Assembly: GCA_024641475.1 (NCBI GenBank)
Contig: JAHECZ010000002.1
Location: forward strand, 58,706 to 122,705
Reading direction: 5' to 3'
DNA from: Gammaproteobacteria bacterium
Lineage (GTDB): Bacteria > Pseudomonadota > Gammaproteobacteria > UBA6429 > Thiohalophilaceae
DNA: 64,000 nucleotides
Shown piece by piece: positions 46,292 through 54,849 of the stretch (the stretch's first letter is position 1; each line of letters begins with the position of its first letter). A model generated the notes under the pieces. The model was not told the origin of the DNA and ran no database searches. It saw only the letters and a list, made by a program, of their open reading frames with translations. The position numbers and the translations under genes are program-made.

Positions 46292-47623
46292 CTACAATGA
46301 CACTTCAATCGGCTTTTGTTCTATCTCGGCCGGGAATGTCATGCGTAATAGCTGTTGTTTGGCATCCCACTCAATCGCTTTGCCGGTAATGGGATTGCCA
46401 AGCACCTGATGGCGCTCCTGCAAATAGGCGGCGATGTCATTCTTTTTAATCTCTTTCTTTTCAATCTGATATTTAGCCAGTACCAGACGCCGCAGCGATT
46501 CGTACTTAATCGCGGCAAATACATAACCGTCATAGGCCGGCTTGGCGACCTCGGCCATCACGTTGCCTAGTGGATCGTCCAGAAATTCCCATGTCAGGTA
46601 TTCCACCTTGCGATTCATTGCAGCCTTGTACTCACGGAAACAATTGACATAACCTGGCAACGGGCACTCACTGAGCTTGATGGTTTGCTGATTTATCGTA
46701 ACAAGCTTGTTAACCGTGGTATTTTTCTTGTATGCCAATGCGTAGAGAATTTTTTCCAGGCGCGAACTGTTTTTTTCCACTTCCAGCCCGGCGCTCAATG
46801 CGTTGAACATTAATCTTGTTTCATAGCGAAATGCCTTGCCTATGCTCAGCTCGGCGGGCGGCATTGGTTCAAATATATCTGATTTGACAAACTGGCCTGT
46901 CACACATTTCGAACAATCTGCCAGCAATTCTTCGGTCAGACGCAAATTGCGCTGCAATATCGCCATCCCGATCATCCGCGTAATGAGTGAAACATCGCTG
47001 CTCGCTGCCCGTCGCCAGAAATAGCTTTCATCACTCAGCAAGGTCAAGGCTTGCTGATAATCCTTTGCCAGCCATTTCAGCGCGATATCCGCCTGCGCCA
47101 ACCGGTTCATATCCATCACACCAGTCAGGCCAAAATAGTATTCGGTCTCCTGAAATTGGGGATATGAAAACACGCTTCGATAGCGTTGCAATACGACCTG
47201 ATTGGTAGCCAGTAATGTTTTAACCGCGGCCGTGTCTTTACGTACTTCGTCAAGACAGCGCGAGGCCTTGTCGGCATTACAGATTTTATTGCGGCCAAGC
47301 TTGGGTGACAACACCCAGGCGTCGCGCACCTCGGTCACATCGGATACTGCCATTGATCCATTGGCAGCATAGCGCTTTTTTGCTTCGGCAATGATTTCCA
47401 GCGCCTTTTGGCGTGGCTCGACATTGGCCGGTGCAAACATGCCCAACAACGCATAATAGCCGTTCTTATCTTCAGGAACTTGTTCAGGTGTGTAATTGAC
47501 TATCGCCGCCACATCCGGGCGAAGTTTTTCGTCGAATTGGTAATACACCGCTGCACATGTGAGTAATATCACTGGTACGAGAAGTACCCAGAGTAGTAGC
47601 AATTTTATGTTGTGTGCGATCAT
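46292..47623 (-). CDS. N-terminally anchored hypothetical protein (443 aa)
   Basis: A single N-terminal TM helix and a helical body with several Cys. No motif recognised. Confidence 0.6.
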   Translation of the reverse strand: MIAHNIKLLLLWVLLVPVILLTCAAVYYQFDEKLRPDVAAIVNYTPEQVPEDKNGYYALLGMFAPANVEPRQKALEIIAEAKKRYAANGSMAVSDVTEVRDAWVLSPKLGRNKICNADKASRCLDEVRKDTAAVKTLLATNQVVLQRYRSVFSYPQFQETEYYFGLTGVMDMNRLAQADIALKWLAKDYQQALTLLSDESYFWRRAASSDVSLITRMIGMAILQRNLRLTEELLADCSKCVTGQFVKSDIFEPMPPAELSIGKAFRYETRLMFNALSAGLEVEKNSSRLEKILYALAYKKNTTVNKLVTINQQTIKLSECPLPGYVNCFREYKAAMNRKVEYLTWEFLDDPLGNVMAEVAKPAYDGYVFAAIKYESLRRLVLAKYQIEKKEIKKNDIAAYLQERHQVLGNPITGKAIEWDAKQQLLRMTFPAEIEQKPIEVSL

Positions 47624-47775
47624 AAACTATAACACCTGTTATCATTTTTTGTTAAAGAGAACATAAACCCAGTTACACGAACGATGTAAAAATGGCTTAG
47701 CCCTCCATTGTTTATTTTCATTTACAACCGATCTTACGTGCAATAACTATAATTTGCTCTACTCCGATCTAGTGG

Positions 47776-48984
47776 CTACTGAGGATATCGAGGTATGCAA
47801 CTACTGCCGCCGTCAGAGGATAATTGCTTACATCCCTGCAAACCCTTATCGCGGGCTCCTGCTAATACCTGTTGGTTATCAGAAAATTCTGCATTGGACA
47901 TACAGCGCTTGTATACCTGCAAAATCTTCAGCCCTTCATTCCCAAAGAAATAGGCATATTGATAGGTATCACGACTACCCCAATTTGATTTCTGCGGATA
48001 ATGATCTGTAAACTCCTTAATCGCTTGATCGTACCCTTGAAAATTACATGCGCCATTTTTAACCACATACGTGGTGTTGCTCGGTAATGGTTGAGATGAA
48101 TTCGTCGCTGCGCTTCCCGCCGCACCAGGGTTACCTGCTGGCGATGCCATTGCATTCAAGGCTAACTGGCGGCGTTCCTCGGCATTCTTGCCACCTGCTG
48201 CTGCAACCGTCGCATTGCCTAACATCGCATAGGTCTCGCGCCGGTCCTGTGCATCTTTTTTATCTTGTTCTTTCTTATATTTGGCATTTTCTGCTTGCAG
48301 ACCTGCCAGTACATTTCCCAGATAACCATTCACTGCTGCCATGTAGGTGCTGTCGTCACGGTATTTCTTTCCTTCGACAAACCGCGCTTCTACCTTGCCA
48401 CCTTTGGTATATTTACCGTAAACAATCCCTGCACCGGTTTTTGGGTTGATTGACGCAATCCCGACAGACGGGCCCGAGGTCAGTGCATATTGTCCATCTT
48501 CAATATAACTGCCATCGGCAAAATAGACATCGCCGCGAAAATAGCGTTGATCGTCATAGGTCACGCTCAGGCCGTTATATTTTTCATTATGCGCCATGAT
48601 GCCACTAAATCGTATCTGTCCCTTATTGTTATATATTTTCCCACTAGTAAAGTTCAACCACAAAAAGTCTCCGTCAAATTTCCAGCCACTGGTATCAATA
48701 TAGATACCTTTGCCGGTGATATAGCCTTTATCCATATTACCGTCATAGTGCATTTGCTTGCCATCATTCTGCCTTACGACAAGGGTGCCGTTACCCTGCG
48801 CAAGACCACCGGCACAACCACCGGTCCAGGTCATGCTGGCCACGCTCTTTTTGACATAATAGACTCGCCATTGCGCAATACCACAACCTTCAACGGTGGT
48901 AGCCGTAGGTTTGGGAAGCGACTCACAGCCAATGAGTTCAAACAGTGCTATTCCAACGAGAACCATTCTGAATATTTTTATCAT
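47776..48984 (-). CDS. Lipoprotein with MORN-like G-x-G-x-Y repeats
   Basis: ATG at 48984 (MIKIFRMVLVGIALFELIGC lipobox). Repeats such as YDGNMDKGYITGKGIYIDTSGWKFDGDF. The C-terminal region is Cys-containing. Confidence 0.6.
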   Translation of the reverse strand: MIKIFRMVLVGIALFELIGCESLPKPTATTVEGCGIAQWRVYYVKKSVASMTWTGGCAGGLAQGNGTLVVRQNDGKQMHYDGNMDKGYITGKGIYIDTSGWKFDGDFLWLNFTSGKIYNNKGQIRFSGIMAHNEKYNGLSVTYDDQRYFRGDVYFADGSYIEDGQYALTSGPSVGIASINPKTGAGIVYGKYTKGGKVEARFVEGKKYRDDSTYMAAVNGYLGNVLAGLQAENAKYKKEQDKKDAQDRRETYAMLGNATVAAAGGKNAEERRQLALNAMASPAGNPGAAGSAATNSSQPLPSNTTYVVKNGACNFQGYDQAIKEFTDHYPQKSNWGSRDTYQYAYFFGNEGLKILQVYKRCMSNAEFSDNQQVLAGARDKGLQGCKQLSSDGGSSCIPRYPQ

Positions 48985-49044
48985 GGCATCAGTTCCTGAT
49001 TTATAACTCAAACAATTCTTTCCTTATTGTTAGCAACAGCCAAG

Positions 49045-50262
49045 CTACTTCATATTGTTAATCATCTTTTCCAGCTCGTCATTTTCATTCTCGATTCTTT
49101 TATTCTCCATGGCGGCCTCATCGATGACCTTTTTGCCTTTCTGCAACGCCACATCCAGATCCGCCCTGGCCTTTTGCTGGGCGGCAAGTCGCTTGGCCTG
49201 AATGGCTTGTTGGCGTGCCGCCTCTTGCTGGCGCAGCAACTCCTGTTCCTGCTGTTTTTTCAATGCCCGTTCACCGGCGTGGCGGGCATCACAGGCATCG
49301 CTGGCTGTTTTTAAATCACTGAAGAATTTTTGCTGTGCTTCCCAATTCAAGGCATCTATCCGTTTTTTCTCAGCCTGATATTGCTGCTGACTCATCCCCG
49401 AGGTCATGCTTGGGTACGGTATGCTGCTATTGAGCCCCCCGCCGAAACTGCAATCATGCGCTTCCATGTAACTGGTTAGTCGCGCCACATTCTCATTGGA
49501 ATCTTGTTCAACTTTTTGCCGTGCCGCATCAACATCATGCTGCCGTTGCACAGCTGCCGCATCCCGCGCCCGTTCTTCGTTTAGCCTGACTTTAAACTGT
49601 TCACATGCAGTGATATCGGCGCGTTCCCGGATGATACAGCGTTCGTTATCCGGACTGGCATGCCGATAGGCATACAGATAATCACTCTCAGCTTTGACCT
49701 GTTGTTGCTTGATTTCAAGCAACCGCTGTTCTTGCAGGCGCTTATTTTCTGCTTGCTCAGCCTTTTTGCGATTGGCCTCGTCAATCCTTGCCTGTTCCTT
49801 GCGTTTTAATTCATCCTGATATTCCCGATTTCTATCTTGAATCGCTCGGTTACGGGCTTCCTGCTCAGCGGCTGCTTGTTTTGCAGCAGCTTCTTCTCGA
49901 CCCGTGAAATCGTAGCCCTTCCAGCTGTACCGCAAGTCATAATGTTGTTTACAATCCACCGGTCCATTAAACAGACTGCGATAATTTGCCCCGGGATATA
50001 CATCAACATACTCCGTGCTACCCCACTCAGCGAAACTGCCTTCACCCAGTGGCTCATCTGCTCTTTTACCGACACGCGGATCACCCTTGCCAACGTATTT
50101 ATACGGCACTTCGATTTTCCACAGATGATCACTGCTATTGCTAATCATCAACTGTTTGCAGGAATATGGTGCGCCATCCATTTCCTGTATGGTGATCTGC
50201 GCCAGAAGGGTAGATGAAGCAATGACAAACAATGAACCAAGCAAAATTCTTGTTATTAGCAT
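49045..50262 (-). CDS. Secreted coiled-coil protein, unknown function
   Basis: Signal peptide MLITRILLGSLFVIASSTLLA and long E/K/R/Q/A-rich coiled-coil stretches. Confidence 0.6.
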   Translation of the reverse strand: MLITRILLGSLFVIASSTLLAQITIQEMDGAPYSCKQLMISNSSDHLWKIEVPYKYVGKGDPRVGKRADEPLGEGSFAEWGSTEYVDVYPGANYRSLFNGPVDCKQHYDLRYSWKGYDFTGREEAAAKQAAAEQEARNRAIQDRNREYQDELKRKEQARIDEANRKKAEQAENKRLQEQRLLEIKQQQVKAESDYLYAYRHASPDNERCIIRERADITACEQFKVRLNEERARDAAAVQRQHDVDAARQKVEQDSNENVARLTSYMEAHDCSFGGGLNSSIPYPSMTSGMSQQQYQAEKKRIDALNWEAQQKFFSDLKTASDACDARHAGERALKKQQEQELLRQQEAARQQAIQAKRLAAQQKARADLDVALQKGKKVIDEAAMENKRIENENDELEKMINNMK

Positions 50263-50333
50263 TGAGCTAACCTGCCAAATGATATCAAAAGATAATTGAG
50301 ATGCTGACGATTAAGCCTTCACAACCAGACTCA

Positions 50334-50717
50334 TTAGCAGCCTTTCTTCTTCATTAATTTATCAATTATCTCTTTGCGTTGTGACAGATCAGACGCCAGT
50401 TTTGAGTGTTCGCTGGAAAGATTGGCAGATTGCATCGCCCCTGAATTATTCGCGTCATAAGGCGTATTACTTGCCGAGGCAGCCATCGCTTCCAGCACAC
50501 CCAGAAACACCGCACCAATTCCGCCACCGGTGGAGGCATCCGACGCATTTTCTGCGTTATCCGCCACCTTCTGTTGCTCATCGTATAATTCCGCGCAACT
50601 TGCACCCACTAATTGGTTATTGCTCATTAAATCTTCGTGCCATGGTGCACTTGAACAGCCTGATACCATTGATAACGTGAAAATACCCAAAACTAAACCT
50701 AATTTTTTATTGTTCAT
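50334..50717 (-). CDS. Small lipoprotein, unknown function
   Basis: Lipobox LSMVSGC, RBS AAGGAA and a C-terminal Cys. Confidence 0.6.
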   Translation of the reverse strand: MNNKKLGLVLGIFTLSMVSGCSSAPWHEDLMSNNQLVGASCAELYDEQQKVADNAENASDASTGGGIGAVFLGVLEAMAASASNTPYDANNSGAMQSANLSSEHSKLASDLSQRKEIIDKLMKKKGC

Positions 50718-50828
50718 TTTTGTTCCTTAGATTGGTAATGTCGACTCTTTGGGCATGCGGTCTGGTAAACACCATTAATACGCAACGCCCGGCTTTTAAC
50801 CCAAAGAATTTGATGGGTCGTAGCGCGG

Positions 50829-50856
50829 GTATCGACAATACTTATAATTGACTTTA
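50829..50856 (-). promoter_or_regulatory. Sigma-28 (FliA)-like promoter, copy A
   Basis: On the minus strand, TAAAGTCA-N12-GTCGATAC, compared with the consensus TAAAGTTT-N11-GCCGATAA. It lies 111 nt upstream of the ATG at 50717. Confidence 0.4.
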
Positions 50857-51061
50857 GGGAATATTTGTCAATACGCGGGATCTAAATCAACAAAATGGTG
50901 ACTTGGACTAATTAGCATCACTTACGTTATACCTTGAAGCTTATCAGTATTATCTGATATACATAACTATGACCGTTCAAGACTATCCTGAATGTGATTA
51001 TTTTCTTACACAGCTACTTTCGTAGCCTCACAATCACATTTTGGATTATTCATATCTTATA

Positions 51062-52456
51062 TTAAGGTAGATAGCCCTCAGCCGTTAGTTTGGAATCGAC
51101 ACATTTCTGTTGGTTTGGCAGCTTGTCACGTGGATTCCCTTCCACACTCATGATGCAATCGAGGTTTTTTGATGTAATCCAACAACTATACGCATCCCTG
51201 CCAAACATACTCGACCCACAAGTTTTACCGAATTGGCTTATCGCCTCTTCTGGGCTTCTAATGAAGAAGTTTGTGCTTTGGCCAGTACTGGCACCTAAAC
51301 TTGAATAAATCATACCGGTATGTGGAAATGCTGAATCAACCGGTCCTGGCTTAGTTCCTCGCCATGGCATGGCGCCACTGTGTCCGATTGAAACAATCAA
51401 GCGCACATCCTCTCCCGCGGCTACGTTGCATGGTTGTCCCAATTTTCTTGAGCACAATTGTGAGGCGTATTGGATTGCCTCACGCGGTGAGTTTGCCCCA
51501 CATGATGAAACTGATACTAAATTTCTATCCATTTCTCTCATGATAGTTGCCCCCCAATTCGAACCAATACATTCTACTACCTTATCTTTAATTGATAATT
51601 TGTAGATTGAATTAGCCGAATTATAAATTAGGTTATGCTCTATGATTCCATTTTTTACCATTGCAACAGCCTGTTCTTTGGATTTCGCTGCAACGAGAAG
51701 TGTCTTATCGTAGGTGTTATCTTTCTGACCGTATGTAACTATATATAAATTTCCCGGTACTACACCAACCGGCCATTTGCCACCATTTGAGGCAGCCACT
51801 GATTTTCCATTGACTGATGTCTGCTTGGGCACTTCTTGAGAAACGACTAAACGTGATGGAGAATTTCCTGGTGCGCGCGCCAACTCTGTTGCCTGTCCAT
51901 CTCCTTGTTTCATCTTGGCAGTAATTTTATCTGTAAATTTTCCTTTGACAGATACAAATGGATTTTTAGAAACCCCGGCACTACCTGTGATCTCCGCATT
52001 AAATCCATTGTCCTTTAACACAAGCATTCCGGCGAATCCATTCATTGAGTCCATCAACAGTTTTATCTCTCCATTAATTTTCTTTTCTTTCAATGCTGTA
52101 ACTGACGAAGGAGAACCACCGATGGACGATACTACCGTGACAATCACATTCTTCGAAACAATGCTGCCGTCGTTCCCTCCACCAAGAATACGTGCTTTAA
52201 TTGTCGTTTTGATACTTGAACTCTTCACGCGTATTTTAAAATTAGAAATTTCTCCTTCCACAATACCTACATGTGTAGCCAATTTATCATTTACCCACAA
52301 TTCCAGTCGCTGCCCTGAAATCAGGGGCTTGTCAAATTTTACTTCAACAGGAATCACCGCACCATTTTCTGCCTTATCCGGTGCAATAATCTGCATGGCA
52401 CAAACAGGTGTGCAACCAAAAACGAGGCTAATAAACAGCACTTTAAACAGATTCAT
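51062..52456 (-). CDS. Secreted protein with an N-terminal SoxY-like Ig-fold segment and a Cys-rich C-terminal domain
   Basis: Signal peptide. IIAPDKAENGAVIPVEVKF...ISNFKIRVK resembles the SoxY N-terminal pattern, but the GGCGG arm is absent. The C-terminal part has 8 Cys. Confidence 0.6.
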   Translation of the reverse strand: MNLFKVLFISLVFGCTPVCAMQIIAPDKAENGAVIPVEVKFDKPLISGQRLELWVNDKLATHVGIVEGEISNFKIRVKSSSIKTTIKARILGGGNDGSIVSKNVIVTVVSSIGGSPSSVTALKEKKINGEIKLLMDSMNGFAGMLVLKDNGFNAEITGSAGVSKNPFVSVKGKFTDKITAKMKQGDGQATELARAPGNSPSRLVVSQEVPKQTSVNGKSVAASNGGKWPVGVVPGNLYIVTYGQKDNTYDKTLLVAAKSKEQAVAMVKNGIIEHNLIYNSANSIYKLSIKDKVVECIGSNWGATIMREMDRNLVSVSSCGANSPREAIQYASQLCSRKLGQPCNVAAGEDVRLIVSIGHSGAMPWRGTKPGPVDSAFPHTGMIYSSLGASTGQSTNFFIRSPEEAISQFGKTCGSSMFGRDAYSCWITSKNLDCIMSVEGNPRDKLPNQQKCVDSKLTAEGYLP

Positions 52457-52645
52457 TTTTGATTCCTTTATACATTGACATAAAGTCTACAAAAGCAAAG
52501 TATGCTAGCGAACGCATTAAATTAGATTGAATCAGATCAGCGTCGATTGGTATAGATGACATGCTGTGCCTTACCCCGGTTGTACCTTAGGTCATCAACC
52601 TACATAGACGTCACTTTTCAGTGCCGTTTCTTATTCAATTGATCC

Positions 52646-52726
52646 TTAGGTACAGGGTAAAAATACCAACGGGAATTCTGTGCTGGTGTTCAATCCACGT
52701 GCCAGCGTGAAGTTATTGTTATTCAT
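52646..52726 (-). pseudogene. 26-codon ORF (MNNNNFTLARGLNTSTEFPLVFLPCT); possibly a remnant of a duplicated lipoprotein 5' end, or a leader peptide
   Basis: It has the same promoter motif, the same leader length, an AAGGAAAAAAATG RBS and an MNN start as the 50717 lipoprotein gene, but stops after 26 codons. Confidence 0.2.
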
Positions 52727-52835
52727 TTTTTTCCTTTGTAATTTATACCTGTGTCTGGAGACAACACATTGTTTAGATCGGCATCGGGCAAGCAGCCACC
52801 TTATATTCCCGGTTATTCGCCGGGGTGTTTTGCCT

Positions 52836-52863
52836 CTATCGACATAATTTATATTCGACTTTA
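52836..52863 (-). promoter_or_regulatory. Sigma-28 (FliA)-like promoter, copy B
   Basis: On the minus strand, TAAAGTCG-N12-GTCGATAG, 109 nt upstream of the ATG at 52726. The surrounding 30 nt are about 75% identical to copy A. Confidence 0.4.
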
Positions 52864-53126
52864 GGAAAATAGTGAGGCTGCGAGAGAGATATACACGCAA
52901 TTATCAGAGTTAGACCAATCCTAAGATCGGAATTGATCCCGGGATGTCAATTAACGGTTGCTAATATAGATTAAACCGCGTGCCTATCCGTATACAGCCT
53001 TAGCATACTAGCAGGACAAGTTTCGTAGTAAAAATATATGACGAAAGCATTTCGGTGAGATGAGTATTCTACGATAACGTCATGGTCACAGGTAGTCGCA
53101 CACTGGATGATATCTTATCGATATAT

Positions 53127-54110
53127 TTAAGGTGTTATTCCATGCGTGTATCTCTTATTTCCATTCATATCCGTTACCCTTACGCCTATATTATCAAACG
53201 TCTCTCCGGATTTTTTCATTCCATGCAACACTTGCCGATCAGCATAATAGGTAAGATGTGCTAAACCAGTTTGTGTTTTTTCACCGGTAAAAGATTGCTC
53301 TGTTCTTGTTACTGGCTCTTGATAAAGACACGGGTTGTAGCTGGGTACATAAGCCATATTACCTCCCTGATATTGATACACGTAGTTATACCCCCCTCGA
53401 CACGTCATAACTGTGTGAGATGTCTGTTGAGTACCACCACCTATACCATGCTGAACCAGTACTACTTTAAGTAACACAGAAGTTACGTCCGAAGATAACC
53501 GATTCGCCAGTGGCTTAGCCAACGAAGCACTAACACGGTCCCACACCCCTTTAGCAAACTCCTTATTTAATTTTGAGGGTATCAAGTTACGTCTTTCCGT
53601 CGCAAGATGAAGTGGAACTATTAGTGCGACATTGTCTTGTAATTTTTCGAAAAATAGCGGTTCCGCCAGATCGTAATCTGACAGTTCGGCTTTGGTAAAT
53701 TGCTTATACAATATCGCAACAAGTCCGGCTGCGTATTTTTCATGAATTCTTTGTAATACCGGATCAGGATATTTCTTGTTTGACATTACCGCATTATTTC
53801 TCTCTAAATTAACACGCACATGCAATGAGCCTGGCTGCACCTCGACCATAACAGGCTTATAAAGCGGTTTACGTATCTGAATGCGCACAATGGATTGCTC
53901 ACTGTGAAATTCTACAGGTGCAGATAATGGCGTACTCCCCAATGGGATATTTCTCATCCCTAGTTTTATAAATACCGCAGCTCCTTCGGGAGATGTAGTT
54001 ACATGAATCTGCCTTTGAATTTCACCATAGATATTTGAGTGTATTGCGGCCCCTGCAATAAAAGCCAACGAAAATGCCAGTTTCGCTGCATGCTTATGCA
54101 TACTAATCAT
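53127..54110 (-). CDS. Exported protein with an N-terminal PEGA-like domain
   Basis: Signal peptide, then VTTSPEGAAVFIKLGMRNIPLGSTPL (PEGA pattern). Its ATG overlaps the upstream stop (ATGA). Confidence 0.6.
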   Translation of the reverse strand: MISMHKHAAKLAFSLAFIAGAAIHSNIYGEIQRQIHVTTSPEGAAVFIKLGMRNIPLGSTPLSAPVEFHSEQSIVRIQIRKPLYKPVMVEVQPGSLHVRVNLERNNAVMSNKKYPDPVLQRIHEKYAAGLVAILYKQFTKAELSDYDLAEPLFFEKLQDNVALIVPLHLATERRNLIPSKLNKEFAKGVWDRVSASLAKPLANRLSSDVTSVLLKVVLVQHGIGGGTQQTSHTVMTCRGGYNYVYQYQGGNMAYVPSYNPCLYQEPVTRTEQSFTGEKTQTGLAHLTYYADRQVLHGMKKSGETFDNIGVRVTDMNGNKRYTHGITP

Positions 54111-54688
54111 CTCAAGCCAGACTGATTAAGGTTGTTCGTTAAGGCAACCATAAAAACACTCTGTATATCTGCAATATCTTTATGCCAGATAGTATCCGGT
54201 CCTACGTTATAGGTAGGCTTGATTGCCAAGTCTTTACAACTGCCCCAAACTGATTCCAAGCAATCACCCTGGCTCTTGACGACCAATGTCACTGTTGATC
54301 GTCGCGGCCCTTGTTCTTTCACCATGATTTTAGTAAAGAGATGTACAGGACGTCTCTTTCCATGACCGTCATACCAATAAACCACCTTTTTACCGAACAA
54401 GATTCCGTGTTGTTTGTCCGTTTCTTGCAGATCTATGCCGATTTGACTTGCAGACTTATCGACTATTTCAAACAAATCTGCATAAGCAACGTCAAATTTA
54501 CGCCGGACATAGGCATCCTCCGGAATACTGCTGACATTGTCCGCCTCACCTGGTGGATAGGCCTCTTGAATTGTCCCAAATCGTTCCGGGTAATATTTTC
54601 CCCAGAAATCGTTTGCACATGCTGCTAACAATCCGACCATTGCCAGTAGCGATACTCGCAACATCACTTGCCTATTGATTATATTCAT
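54107..54688 (-). CDS. Lipoprotein, unknown function
   Basis: The ATG at 54688 is preceded by AGGAGG. Lipobox GLLAAC. Confidence 0.6.
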   Translation of the reverse strand: MNIINRQVMLRVSLLAMVGLLAACANDFWGKYYPERFGTIQEAYPPGEADNVSSIPEDAYVRRKFDVAYADLFEIVDKSASQIGIDLQETDKQHGILFGKKVVYWYDGHGKRRPVHLFTKIMVKEQGPRRSTVTLVVKSQGDCLESVWGSCKDLAIKPTYNVGPDTIWHKDIADIQSVFMVALTNNLNQSGLR

Positions 54689-54775
54689 AACAACCTCCTT
54701 TTTATTTGATTGCATATTTTACGATGAACACATGCATGCCCTTAAATTACCGGCGCAATAATCAACCTCTCCACT

Positions 54776-54813
54776 AAAATATCGGTAACGGCGCGATACA
54801 ACGCGCCATTACC
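54776..54813 (-). terminator. Terminator after the beta-helix lipoprotein gene
   Basis: Stem GGTAACGGCGCG (54784-54795) pairing with CGCGCCATTACC (54802-54813), 11 of 12 pairs, followed on the minus strand by GATATTTTAG. Confidence 0.55.
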
Positions 54814-54849
54814 TTAAATTAAGTGCCTGGAGCCAATTTGTTGATTTAA

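Noticed and set aside
48490-52478. Plus-strand ORFs 48490-48999 (169 aa), 49837-50217 (126 aa) and 51915-52478 (187 aa) in the island.
   Set aside because: All are antisense shadows of minus-strand genes that have signal peptides, RBSs and coherent domain content.
52646-52900. The 84-aa minus-strand ORF in the 670-bp gap.
   Set aside because: Its first 58 codons run through the sigma-28-like promoter and leader and have a basic, low-complexity composition. Only the last 26 codons, which have their own RBS, are worth considering, and those are reported separately at low confidence.
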